This document shows, one piece after another, positions 51,476 through 64,000 of a stretch of DNA of 64,000 nucleotides. The stretch is taken from positions 1-64,000 of the forward strand of contig PS015016.1 of assembly GCA_048213135.1 (NCBI GenBank). The letters are read 5' to 3'. This DNA comes from Reclinomonas americana ATCC 50394. Taxonomy: Eukaryota. A program made the position numbers and the translations under genes. The number at the start of each line of letters is the position of its first letter. Within the stretch, counting starts at the first letter, position 1. Below the pieces are notes generated by a model, which saw nothing but the letters and a program-made list of their open reading frames with translations, was not told where the DNA came from and made no database searches.

Positions 51476-54433
51476 CTATGAGCCACTGTCACCGGCGCTG
51501 TCAGCCTCCTTGACACCGAACTTTATGCCGTCGTCCTCCTCCATCAGCGCAGTGAGGAATCCGCCAATGTTTCGTCGCTTCGGCTCCTCGGCCGACGGTG
51601 GTTCGCTCCGCGAGCTGGCGCGCGGATCCCACGCCCGCTCGCCGTCGGGCTTCACAGTGAACACCCGTGATGCATTGCGCCGCCGCGGTGGACCAATGTC
51701 ACCCGCCGCCATTGCTCCCACACTGGTCCCCATGCTGTTGCGCCCCATTCCACCGCCAATCTGCGGTGGGCCACGCACACGCGGTGGTGGTGCTTGTCGC
51801 GACAGCACGTGGCGCAGCCCACTCGGTTGCAGCATCACGGGCTTCTGCAGCGGCGATTCGTCACCTGCCGCACCACTGTCGTCGGAAATGCCGGAGGTGC
51901 CGGCGCCGAATGCAGGAGCAGCGGCCGACTTTGCAGGAGTGGCCTTGCGCCACACGGGCTCGTATCTGGTGAAGCCACCGACTTGACGCAGAGCCGCTCG
52001 CACCTCGGCTGCACACACGGAGCTGATGAGTGCGCGTCACACACAACAGGCATGAACAAACACACAGACACGCGCACACCTCTTTGTGGCCGAGCAGAGG
52101 AAAACATTCGACCCCGGTCGTCTTGTTGCATGTAAAAGTCGCTGATATCGGAGATACTTGAGGTGTCACTCTCCGCGTCGGTGTCGTACCGGCGGCGCAC
52201 GGGACTCGGCACGCGCGCACTCTCCCTGTTGTACTTGTTTGTCATCATCGACGAGGTGCTGCGGCTGTCGTCGTCGTCCGTGTCGGTCGGCGGCACATGC
52301 GTCATCATTACGTAGCGCATGGCAGCCTCCACCGTCACCAAGTGGAAACCCAGCTCTGAGGCAACAAGCGTGTGTGAGAGACACATTGGGAGAGGACGAC
52401 ATGAGAGCAGAATGCTGATAACTCACCTGTGGGTGCCACAGCCTGCGGCATGCACTCACGCATGTATTCGCAGTTGGCAAACACACACCGCGCTTGTGTT
52501 TGCACAAGAGCCCAGGCCACCAACGGCAGCAACTCATCCGTGGTCAGCAGCTGCGCCGTACCGCCTGTGACAAGAAAGAGTCAGTCAACAAATGTTGCGT
52601 GTTGTGCGTGTAAGCAGTCTAGCGCACCAGTTTGTGAGGCCTGACTCTCCGACGCCGAGTTGGCGGCCGTGGCCACCGATCGCACAAATCCCGAGAGCAC
52701 ATACAGTTTCTCCAGTGGATTGGTGAACTGATTGAGCGCATGCAACACTCGTCCACGCTGCGGCAACTCCACCATGCCCACCCAGTCGGCGACGCCAAAA
52801 TCCTGCGGCGTACGATCCTGCAAGCTCTCGTAGGCCTCCTCCAGCTGCACGTCTTGCTCCCGGTTGACGGTGCGAATGTGATCAAACAGCTTCTCGTACA
52901 CTGCCGCGCCAACGGGGTGAGTATTGTGAAGCACATGAGCATTCAGAGAGAGGAAATCTCACCATAGTGATGCACATACGAATGCATGGCCTTGCTGATC
53001 TTGGGTGCCAGCGAGGGATCTGTCTGGCACGTGGCAGCCGTGCGAACATCGCTGTTGATGTATGCGTCGGTGAACTGGTTGTGCAGTCGGTCCAGCTTGT
53101 CAATGGACTGGCGCTCGTAGCCCGGCAAGAGAATCATGGACCGGTTGAACTCGCCGAGTTTCACGCGCAGTCGCAGGAGGACTTTGGCGCCCTCGCTGCC
53201 GGCACACGTCTTCAAAAAGTCTTCCATACTGCACGCAAACATACGCATACACACAGACAAGGATGAGGATGAGCATGGAAGTGCCTTGTGGAAGCACTGT
53301 CATTGTCCACGCACGCTCGGAAACCCCATGGAATGATGCTGGTATCCTCGCGCTGTGCAGCAGCAGCAGCAGCTGCCGACGACGATGACGACTTGCCCGC
53401 CTGTCCATTCACATGAGCAGCGGCCACAGGCACACCGGCGCCAGCCGCCGCCTTTAGATCGTCGACACTGGCCGAGCCGGCCAACGAGCGCGGCGAATGC
53501 GTGGCAGACGACGACGACGGACTGATATTGCCCGACGACGACACACTGCCGGCGGCCGCCGCCAGCGCCACAGGTGCATGGTACGGCAACGTACTCAGAT
53601 CGAGCTTGGCCGGCAACGCACCGCTCTCCGCCGGTCGGTACTCATTCAACGGGAACGGAATGCTGATCAGCCGCAGCGTCGCCGACGCCGATCGTCTCCG
53701 CGAGACCGAATCCGCAGCTGCTGCTCCTCCTCCATTACCACCACTGTTGCCACCACCAGAGACATCCTCGTAATCATCGTCGGGAGTCGCGGTGCGGTGG
53801 TGATGCTGACCAGTGGAGAAACGCGCCTCCTCGGCCAACACCGGCACTCGCATACCCGTGGGGAAACCACCATTCTGCTCACCGACGTGTCAGCTGCAGA
53901 GACAGCTCATCGAGAGCACACAAGACTCACCGGTACTGCCACGAGGTATCCATCGGCAATCGTCACCTGCTGATCTCGGCTCGTGATGAAACGACCTCGA
54001 AAGTACGGCGACGGGAAGAAAATGTGTGACACTGTGCAGTCACAGTAAGTCAATGACCCCCATATGTGTGTACAGAGTGCGTGTTTGTGCATGTGTGCGT
54101 GTCAGAGAGAGTAGAAGAGGACGATACGCAACAGAGTGCATCTCGCCGCCGTGTTTTGCGCGTGGCCGCTGACTCTGACGATGATGACGACATTGCTCCT
54201 CCTCCTGCTCCTCCCAGTGATGACACACCAGCACCACCACCACCAGCAAGAGCAGAAGGAGGAGGTGGAGGTGGTGGAGGAGGAGGTTGTGCATTGGGCA
54301 AGCCGAGCAGCCACTCACAGCGACTGGTGGGCAGTGCCACGACTCCACCCATGGCATTCGCTCGTGCAATCTCCTCGCCACACTCGGCACATAGCACACG
54401 CAGGAGCGGGTGGTCAGCCAGTGAAACCTCCAT
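51476..54433 (-). CDS. VPS9-domain Rab5/Rab21 GEF with VARP/ANKRD27-like N-terminus
   Basis: SHIFFPSPYFRGRFIT, VPVLAEE, helical bundle, NQFTNPLEKLYVL, LTTDELLPLVAWALVQ and ELGFHLVTVEAAMRYV (VPS9 core). Confidence 0.8.
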
Positions 54434-54517
54434 TCGTTCGTTTGCAGAGAGAGAGAGTGGTTGTGACAGTCTGATCGCGCGAGCTTGACTGCACCACTTC
54501 GTTCTCACCCTGTCACC

Positions 54518-55643
54518 ATGGGCCAAGATCTGTCAAACATCCACGAGTCTGCTCGACTCGTAGAGTTGCGCACCACACACCACGCAGTCGTTGAATGTGT
54601 GGCTGACACGCGCGCACCCAGCTCGACTCTGATGCCTCCGCCTCCACGTTCCTCTCCTCTTCCTCCTCCTCCTCCTGCTGCTGCTGCTCCTCCTCCCACT
54701 GCTCCTGCTACTGTGACAGTGACAGAAGCAACAGCAGCAGCGCCAGAAGCCGAAACAACACAGGTCACTGGCGCATATCGCCTCTTTATCTCTCTCCTCC
54801 CTGTCTGACAGAAGCACACACAGAAGCAGGAAGAGAAACCACCACCTCGTGGCAAGGGCAAGGTCAAGGGCGGCCTGAACATCATTGTGGCGACAGAAGG
54901 ACGCTTTGTGCTGGAGGAACCTCGTGGGAATGCGCACGTGTCGTTTGGACGCTCGGCACCGGGTGGAAAGCCGCTGTTGGCGCCCTCGGAGGCACTCTAC
55001 ATGCACGGCATGCGTCGTGCGTGTGTGAAGCGAAAGGCCACCGATGCCAACAATATCAAGATCCGTGATCTGTACGGCATGTGCTCGGCCGTTCGTGTGG
55101 CGGCCGGCGACGTGCGGGATCCGGATGTGCGGATGGATTGGGGAGAGTTTGCGGCGTACTCGTTGTTGCGACAGGACGCGGTGGCGCGGTTGCGTTTGTC
55201 GAGCAGGCGGCAGCAGCGTCGCGGTCGTCGCAGTCGACACCACGGCTCGTCGGTGCTGCACTATGCCGGTGGACGGTGGAATTCGAGACTTGCCGATGAT
55301 GCAGAAGAAGGAGAAGAAGCGCAGGTGGAGCAGATGGATGAGATGGAAGAGGTGCCGCAGACCATGGTGGACGTCTTTCAAGCTGCAAGCACCCGTCGAC
55401 AGATGGAGACGCAACGTGAGCACAAGCTGACGGGAGTGGCCTTGGTCGTACCGTGCGTACCACATGCTTGTCGTTGCTGCCTCCTGCGGGTTTTCTCGTT
55501 CACTCACGCATCGCAGCATGGAGGAGCGCCTGACTACGGATATTGCGCGTGCCGCGTGTAATCGCAGCGGAGTCTCCTTGCTGGCCATGTCGACGCCACG
55601 CAATGTCACCATCTATCGCACGGCCGACGGCATTAACGAGTGA
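54518..55643 (+). CDS. Putative tRNA-splicing endonuclease subunit Sen54-like protein
   Basis: PRGNAHVSFGRSAPGGKPLLAPSEALYM and FAAYSLLRQ resemble Sen54 N-terminal motifs. A spliced terminal exon ends at TGA 55641-55643; the start is uncertain. Confidence 0.5.
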
Positions 55644-55646
55644 CGT

Positions 55647-56637
55647 TTACTTGCGCGTACGTGCCCGTTTCTTTGGTGGCGCCTCTTTTTCTTCTTGCGA
55701 CGGTGGAGGCGCGGCCGCCGTGGATCCAGACGCCTCGTCGGCTGTTCGCTTGTCGCCTGCCTTTGCTGCTGCCGGCGGGGATGGCAATGGCGACTGCAGG
55801 CCGTGCTTGGCACGAGCGTGAAACACCCACAACGCCCGCTCCAGCTGCCGCGGAGTGACGCCAAGCTCGGTGGCGCGCTCGCACATGGCCGTCGCGTAGC
55901 GCATGTAGTAGGGAACAGTGAAGGCCACCTTGCCCAGCTCTGGCACCAAGTGCGCCATGTCCTCATCGAAAAACGGCACACCCTCGGTCATGCACGAGAG
56001 GAACGCCGACGCCGTGGCCGGTCCAACGCCGCTCAACTCGCACAGCGTCGTAATCGCCCCACGCAGATCGCCGTCGACCTTGAACAGCCGATAAGCACGC
56101 TCCGATAGCTGTCGCACAGTGGCATCGTCGTTCGAGGCCACTGCACCACAATAAGCATGATACGACACGACATGAGACAAACACGACGACTCAACCGAGA
56201 GCGCCATTCCGCGGTCGGAACTGCACGCAGAGAGTGAGGAACATAAGGACAATGGTAGCAACAGTTGCTGCTCCCACCTTGCCACGAGCCATCTGCGCGG
56301 AGAGTAAGCACGTGCATGCATGCAAAGACAACGATCTTCCCTCCCAACCAAACCTTCCAGGAAGTAATGATCGACGCCTCGTCACGAGTCATGTACACAG
56401 CATCGTCGCCCACTCGCTGCTGCACGGCCGCACGAACCTGCACGCCACAGACACACGCGCGTGAGACAACAACAACACAAGAGGTCGACATCGACCTCCA
56501 GCTGCAACCTTGCCAAACGCCTCCTCCATCTCGCGCAGCTTGTCGCCAGCCTTCCCCGGCACAGCTCGCACTGCGGCATCGTATGCCGCCGCATCGGAAA
56601 GCTGCAACACGGCCTCTGCGCTCTCCACAGGCCACAT
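55647..56637 (-). CDS. Amun-like helix-hairpin-helix (DNA-glycosylase-like) protein
   Basis: ITSWK|MARGK|FRPR, VASNDDATV, LCELSGVGPATASAFLS (HhH), PFFDED, QLERALW and a basic NLS-like tail PPKKRARTRK. Confidence 0.78.
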
Positions 56638-56685
56638 ATGAGAAGTCAATCAGTCGACAGAGTGAAAGCTTCTCTAATATAACGA

Positions 56686-59600
56686 ATGGTCAAGCAGCAG
56701 TGGTGGTTGCTTGTCGCGCTGGTCGCTGTTGCCTGGTGCACTGTGAGCTCCACTGCGAGCAGCACTGGTGGTGTGCCGCACTATGTCGATGTGCACGGAG
56801 TGCCACTCCACGTCGAACCCTCCTCTCTGCATCTCGACGCGGGTCCCAGTTGCGTGTGTGTGCGAGAGAGAGCAGAAGGCGCATTGTGTGCACATAAAGA
56901 CACTCACATCTGCGTGTGTGTGTGCAGCTGTCACGAGTGTTTCTCCGGAGGTTTGCATTGCATTTGCATTCTGTGCTCTGCATCTTCTTCCTCCAACTCA
57001 CTGCACACACACACACACACACACAGAAAATCGTGCGCGTGTTGGATCACCAACTGACAGTCAAGGGCACTGGGTTTACGACGACCGACAAGGCGCAGTT
57101 TGCGGTCGGTGGCCACGGATGCGAGACCGCGGTCGATGACATGGTGGTGTCGACTGTGACGGTGACTGCGGCCGATCCCACCACCATGGTGGTGGCCATG
57201 TTTGCGCATGTGTCGGCAGGCGGGCGCTACTGGTTGTGCGTGCAGTCGCAGGGCATGGGCCCGTGGCTGAATTTCACAAACAGTCACGTGGAGGTGCTGA
57301 GTTGCGTTCGTTGGACACACACTGCTCTTGCGTCTCTGCTTCTCTTCTTGCTTTGAGGTTCACACGGTGTTTCTTTTTGTGCAGTGGGTATGACGAGCAG
57401 CTTTTATCCGCGTCTGCTGGACAACCACGGTCCGAGCATGTTGCAGTTGTATGGCACGAGTCTGCCGATCACCGCGCCGGCGACTGCGTTCCGCTTTATT
57501 GATGCCACTGGCGGCAACAACTTTTCGTGCCAGGTGCTTTTCTTTTTTGCAATCCCCTGCTCTCGCTGCGATGCATGTGCTTACTGTGTTCGAAAAAGAC
57601 CGCGGATCCCAAGCCAGCGATTAACACCATCACCATTACCGCGGTGCCGCAACCGACCGCCGAGCATGTGACGCTGCAGCTGACACCCACCACCACCTTC
57701 TCGGGTCTGGCGTTCCTCTGCGTACTGTGCGTTGTGGTCGATGGGGGTGTGCTGTTGTCGACGGCGGATTGCTGACTTTTTGAACACAGCTTCCCGGGCA
57801 TGGACATTTACGAGCCCGCGTCGCACGGCGGTGCTGTGCCGTTGCCGATTCACATTACGGAGAACGCCGAACCCACTCTGACTGGCCTCACGCCGCTGCA
57901 GACGAGCCTGTGGTCCTCGATCACTGTCAGCGTGCAGGGCACGCAGCTGAGGTGAGTGTTTCATCGCTTCCCCCCTTGCCGACAGCCAAGCTGAGCTCGT
58001 GACGCGATGCAGCGCGATGGAGGACGTCATTGTCATCAACGCTGTGGGCAACTGCTCGCCGCCCACTGCTTCCCCGGACTCGGTGGTAAGTGTGCACTCC
58101 TGTCCGTCATCGTCGTGCAGTGTTTTTTTCTCACGCTGCTGTCTTTCGCAGATCCAAGGCGTGCCCGACATTGTCAGCGACACTGCCATTGACTTTATGC
58201 TGAAGATCGGCGGTTCGTACAACCTGCAAGTGTGCATCAAGTTCACCGGTCAGGCAGACTACACCATGGTTCCTGGTGGACCCATTGCGGTGCTCTGTTG
58301 CGTTCGCCTCCCTGCGTGTGCACATCCTCCTGCTCTTCCTTCTGACGACGATTCGACTCGTTCTTTTGTTTCACAGCGCCTTCGGTGAAGACTTTTACGC
58401 CGCCGACAATCGCGCCCAACATTCTCACGGTCATCACCTTTACTGGAGACAATCTCGCGGGGTGAGTCGTCTCGCGGCTGATGTCACTGCTCTCATCGCC
58501 GCAAAAGGTCTCACCGTGCGTGAACAGTGGCACACAGCAGCTGCTGGTCACCGACGCCAACAACAACTGCGTCGCGAACTCGGCCAGCATCACGGTCGGA
58601 AAGACGGCCGCACCGGATGCCCAGCATCTCACCTTTGAGGGTGCGTTTGCATGCGCTTATTTGTCTTTCATCATGGCAAGCAGAGCGTGACTAAATTCTC
58701 CGCTTGTGCAGTGACGACCACGGCCGCTGCTGGCACCAGCTATTCCATGTGCATCAAGTTGCGTTGCGACCGGCTGCGTGACTCTTGCCACACCTTCAGC
58801 ACATCCAACTTACCCCGCATGCTGATAATGTAGATACTCTGGCGCTCCGGCCTTCGCCCCGCTGACTGGATCATCGCTCAAGGTGGCGACGTCCACCCTC
58901 ACCGGCATCGCGCCGGGACTCGTGTCACTGACTGCGGCGACCACGGTCACCATCTCGGGCACCGTTCTCGGCGGCGTCACCGACGTGATTGTCATTCAGT
59001 CCACACAAACCTGCGCCTCTGGCCAGACGGTCCGTCTCGCCATTTCGCCACTCCCTGTGTCTCTTGTTATCTCGCTTCCTTCCCCTGACTGGTGTATGTT
59101 TGTGCAGCCGCTGGCGCCGGTCACCAAGGTCACTCCGTCCGCAAACCAAGTGACGTTCTCCGTGCAGCCGACCCAGGCTGGCGTCTACAGCGCATGCGCT
59201 CGTCTTGCCACCGGTGCTGCGTACACGGCGGTGCCTGGCACATTCAGTGCTGGCGCCAGCACGAGCGGAGTGCAGCCGAGCACGATTCCGGTGGTGGCTG
59301 TCACCACGATGAGCATCTCTGGTGTGGATCTGGACAACTCGACCGTGCTCACGGTGGTCGCGGCCGGCGAAACTTGCATGTTCACCAACCCTCCGCCACT
59401 TCCTGTTGCGTCTGCCGCCGCCGCCGCTGTGCCCCATCCACCTCCGATCTCCACTCACTGCTGTCGCGTGTAGAACGGCTTGCAACTGTCGAACTTTGCC
59501 GTGGTCTCGCCGCAGCTGCTCACCATTGGAGTGAGCGCGCCGTTCCCCGCCGCCAACTACAAGTTCTGCATCATGCTGTCGCCGGCCGGCTACTCGGATG

Positions 59601-61600
59601 TGACGAATGGCGGCTTTGCGGCCGCGGTGCCGACCGGAACCAAGATCACACCCGATCAGGTGCCGCTCGGCATTGCTTCCACCGTCACTGTGCTGGGCAC
59701 GCTGTTCTCGCCGCTGGTGAAGATCTCGGCCGTGCTGCCCAGCGACACGTGCGTGACGCAGACGCCCAACACGCCAGTTTCGTGTGCATCGTGATCAGTG
59801 TGTGTGTGCGTGCGTGTTCTCATCAATTCACAGGCGTGGGTCACCATCAACAACCTCATGCTGGTGTCGTCGAGCTCCATCACGGTCACTGTGCTCGGCC
59901 AGAACACTGTCGGCATGGTCAAGTTCTGCCTGCAGGCGTTCCCCAACTCCAACTACATGGACGTGCAGAATGGCGTGCTGTTCATCGCGCCAGGAGCACT
60001 CACCGCCAACGCCTTCCCCATGAACATTGGTGTCAGCGTGCAAACGCAAATCAGTCTGTACGGCAACAACCTGTACGTGCAAGATTCACAGCTCTTCATC
60101 CTCGACGATGGCGTGGCGTGCGACAACATGGTTTGTCGGGCTCATTTTTTCTGCTGTCTGCATTGTGCTGCGCGGTCTCATTATCTCTTCTCGAACAGGA
60201 CACTGTTACCGGTTCGCAGTACGCCACCGTGGGCCCGCTGACGGGCGGCCCGTCCACCATGTTCGCGCAGATCACGGTGTCGCAAGCTGGCAACTACATT
60301 CCGTGCATGCGTGTCACGGGCGCACCCAAATTCAAGACTGTCCCCGGCAGTCCGCTGATGGTGTTGGGTAAGTGGCTTTCCTTGTGCGATGTGGATTTGT
60401 GAAGGGCGGGTGCTGAACGGCCNNNNNNNNNNNNNNNNNNNNNNNNNNNNNNNNNNNNNNNNNNNNNNNNNNNNNNNNNNNNNNNNNNNNNNNNNNNNNN
60501 NNNNNNNNNNNNNNNNNNNNNNNNNNNNNNNNNNNNNNNNNNNNNNNNNNNNNNNNGCGTGGCCGGTGACGTGTGCGTTCCGTCAGCGCTTCATCATTTC
60601 GCTCACGATGCTGCCATTCATCATCAGGCCCGCAAGCCACCGAGTTTGTGCCGCACCTGACGTTCTCGTCGCCGGCCTTTGTGCATCAGGTGACGGTCAC
60701 CGGCCAGGGTCTGTCATACCTCGACTCTGTGGTGGTCATCAACGCGGCCGGCGCGTGCACCAATCCTGTGTTCGCCGACGGTGTTTCGATCAACACACCG
60801 TTCACGAGCACCGACGCCACGCAGCTGTACTTTGGTCTCACTGGTGCGTGTTTCGGCGTGCATACATGCATGCATGCGCTCGCACTCCACTCACCGACTG
60901 TGTCACCAGTGAATACGGCCGGCACCTACTCGTACTGCATCAAATACCCGCAGACCACCGCCTACGTGCCCATTGGCTCCTCATTCTCCGTGCAGCGGTT
61001 GTACGTCAGCGATTTCTCGCCGTCGTTGATCCCCACCAGCCAGTCGAGCATCAGTGTCACCATCACTGGCTCGGCACTGCGTGCCAGCGACATGATTCGT
61101 GTGATCCCCTGGACGAGCCCGTGCATGGGTACCGACCTCGTCAACGCCAATGGCATCCAGATCGGCGCCGTCAGTTGCGTTCTCTCTCGTACATCTCATT
61201 TGCGTGTGGCAGTCGATCTCACCTCGTGACGCACAGCTGCCAATCCGAGCGGCTCGAGTCTGGTGGTGCCGGTTATGGCGAACACGCCCGGTACTTACCG
61301 CATCTGCATTCGCTTCACGGAAACCGTTGAATTCGGTGGCATTGTGGGTGGCCAGCTGGTGGTCGAAGGTCTACCGCTTTGTCGTCGTCTGCTTTTTGTG
61401 TGGTCTTTCCGTCGTTGACCCCCTTGCGTGTCTCAGGCTCCAATGGCAGCGGCCTGTCGCCCGGCGTCCTGGCCGTGGTCATCATCGTCCCCATTGTGGC
61501 TGTGGCGGTCCTTGTGGTGCTCGGCTTGTGGTGGTGGCGCCGACGTCGCGCACCGCGCAATGTCGACGCCTCGGACACGGGTCCGTACGGCACCCTGTGA
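56686..61600 (+). CDS. Type I transmembrane surface protein with tandem Ig-like (IPT/TIG-like) ~100-aa repeats
   Basis: Signal peptide MVKQQWWLLVALVAVAW; repeated units (P..vp......vTvtG..L...C ... aG.Y..C......Y..vPG...V); TM GVLAVVIIVPIVAVAVLVVLGLWWW, RRRR stop-transfer and tail GPYGTL*. Confidence 0.8.
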
Positions 61601-61732
61601 GCCACAGCTCGACATCGAGGCCCCTCCACTGCTCCCTTTCCTCTGGACTATGAAATGAATCGCAACCCTGCTGTTTTGCCATGTGTGAGTTGTCTTCAGC
61701 GCGTCCTGCAGTCACGTTCATCAGACACCGCA

Positions 61733-64000
61733 ATGGCATCGTCACCCCGATCGCCACCGTCGCTGAGCCGCTCCACACCACGCTCTCCACCAGCCGCGTC
61801 CTCGGTTCGCTCACCATCCTCCCTCGGCAGCGGGAGTGGGAGTGGAGGCGGCTCGCCACCACGATCTGCACGACAAGGCGCCTCGCCCAGCGCCAATGTG
61901 GCAGCCGCCGCAGCTGTGGCCGCAGCTGCATCGCCGGCGACCACCGACGGCAACGCAGCACGTCGAGCCAATCAACTCTTGACTGCGGCAGTGGAGCGAT
62001 GTCGACGCGGCAGCAAAGAGGTGCGTGGATTGGCGCGCACTCTTCAACAATCATCTTCAGTCTCACTTCTCTCTCTGTGTGTAGGTGGATCTGTCGATGA
62101 AAGCACTGGGCGGTTTGCCGATTGGAGAGAAGCGTCTGCAGGAGGCATGCAAGCAGCTGTCATCTCTCGACGTGCAACGACTGAACATGTCGGGTGTATC
62201 TGGTATTGAATACTTCGTCTCTCTCACACACACGCGCGTGTGTGCACTGCTCTCACGCCTGGCTCGTGGCAGTGTTTGTGCGAAACTCGCTGGGAGACAC
62301 GCAGGCGCGCCTCATTGCACGATCGTTTTCTCGACTGACGACTCTGGTGATCTCCAACAACGAGGTCCGTCTTCTTCCTCTGTCATGCTCGCTCTCGCCC
62401 TTGTGCATGCTGATGGTGAGACGCCACATTGCAGATCTCGTTCGAGGGCGTGCGCTTCCTGGCCACCGGCTGCCCAAACCTCACCCATCTGGATGTTGCG
62501 TCGCGCTTCATGCCACGCACTCCAGCTGCCCCTCACCGGTCACTCACTCGGCGTGCGACCTCAGATATCGTACAACATCATCGCATGCGACGGTGTCAAG
62601 GAACTGGCATCGCGACTGCCGCACCTGACCTGGCTCGACGTGCGAGGCAACGATGTCGGCAACGATGGCGCCGCTGTTATCGGCGAACAGATGCCTCAAC
62701 TTCGTTTTCTGAGTATCGAATGTTGCGTGGGGTTTTTTGTGGGTGCCTCCGATCCATCGTGGTGCTAACACCTGCTGCGGGTCGGTGCAGCCAATGTGAT
62801 TGGCACGGTCGGCACCATGGCTCTCGCCAAGCTGTGCAACTTGACAGAGCTGAGTCTCAGTGGCAACTCGATCGGCGACGGCGGCTGCTACGTTCTCGGG
62901 CGCACCTCGTCTCCACTCAAGAAGCTCAACATGTTGCGTTGCACGTCAAGTGTGCGCAGCTCATAGCCTGTCACTCACACGCGTGCATGTGCCATTGCAG
63001 ATCATGTATGTGTGCATATCGTGCCTTCATCATCACCGTTCTCCTCACGATGCTCACTTGCGCAGACAATGTCGTCACACACACTGGCCTGATCGACGTG
63101 CTGCGCTTACTCACCATGCTTTCGTCGCTGAATCTGCGAGGTTGCGAGATCGGTCCCTCGGCCGGCTACGCGATCCAGGAGTACTTGTCGCCGCACCTGA
63201 CCGACCTGGACCTGGCCTACAACAACCTGAACGACTCGAGCATGGAAGACATGGCGGTGGGAGCCACGACGACACTCATCGGATTGCGCACGCTTGTTCT
63301 GCGCGGCAACAGCATCGCTGACGAGGGTGCCAAGCATTTGGCACAATTCCAACAGCTCACCACCCTCGACATCTCCTGCAATCCCGTGGGAGCAGCGGGT
63401 GTGGCGGCTCTTGGCCGCGGTCTGACACGACTCAAGACACTACACATTGGGGAGGTGAAGTGGGCCTGGGACTGTGCAGCGGAGCTGGCACGCGGTCGAT
63501 GGACGTCCACGCTGCGAACGTTGGATGTGCGTGGCACGTTTGATTTGAGTGACGGCGAGGCGAGGCTCATGCTCGAGTGCTCCAACCTCACCGCCCTCAA
63601 CATTTCCTGTTGCGTCGCATCTTCTTGCTTGTCTCTCTGCTTGTGTATATTCACGGCATGCTTCTATTTTCTGCAGCCACGGGAGTCTCACGGAATGCCG
63701 CACGCGGTCTGGCCATGCAGCTGCCGCTGCTGGTCAAACTTGATACCACCGACGGTTTGCAACCAGTGCCCGTGTGCAGTGGCGCTCCGTCTGCTCCTCA
63801 CCTTCTACGCCCGCAGAGGAGATTCGTCTGGCTGCGCAGCCGTATTTGGCACTCAACTACGAACCGTTCCGTTGATTGTTGCACTCGTTGCTGTGCGATG
63901 GTGCTGACTCTCCGCTCCGCAGCTTCCTCATCGAACGTGCCCGCTCGGTGCTGCTGTCTGCACAACGAAAACAACAGCTGATCAGCAGCGGCAGCAGTAG
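61733..64000 (+). CDS. RI-like leucine-rich-repeat protein (runs off the window end)
   Basis: Ser/Pro-rich N-terminus, then repeats such as LTWLDVRGNDVGNDGA, LTDLDLAYNNLNDSS, LRTLVLRGNSIADEGAKHLA and LTTLDISCNPVGAAGV. Confidence 0.85.

Overview
Gene-dense, GC-rich, intron-rich eukaryotic (protist-like, probably flagellated) genomic DNA from a draft assembly with N-gaps and many microsatellites. About 20 spliced host genes are packed mostly as head-to-head and tail-to-tail pairs: a PMP-like beta-helix surface protein, NME5-type NDP kinase, NAA50, a GT-A glycosyltransferase, long-chain acyl-CoA synthetase, a DHH phosphoesterase, Pet127, an Acr2/Cdc25-like phosphatase, Rab escort protein, FARSB, mitochondrial AsnRS, a GT8 protein, a syntaxin-like SNARE, a VARP-like VPS9 protein, a Sen54-like protein, an Amun-like HhH protein, an Ig/IPT-repeat membrane protein and an LRR protein. 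The standout is a ~12.25-kb intact DNA transposon (about 28388-40638). It has perfect 19-bp terminal inverted repeats, equidistant sub-terminal inverted motifs and a target-site duplication, and sits in a bidirectional promoter. By manual splicing it appears to encode one ~3,100-aa protein: a long Cys-rich N-terminal region, a P-element/THAP9-type DDE transposase, two CCHC zinc knuckles, a C2H2/BED-like finger and a C-terminal YqaJ/lambda-exonuclease domain. All gene models are manual and exon boundaries are approximate.
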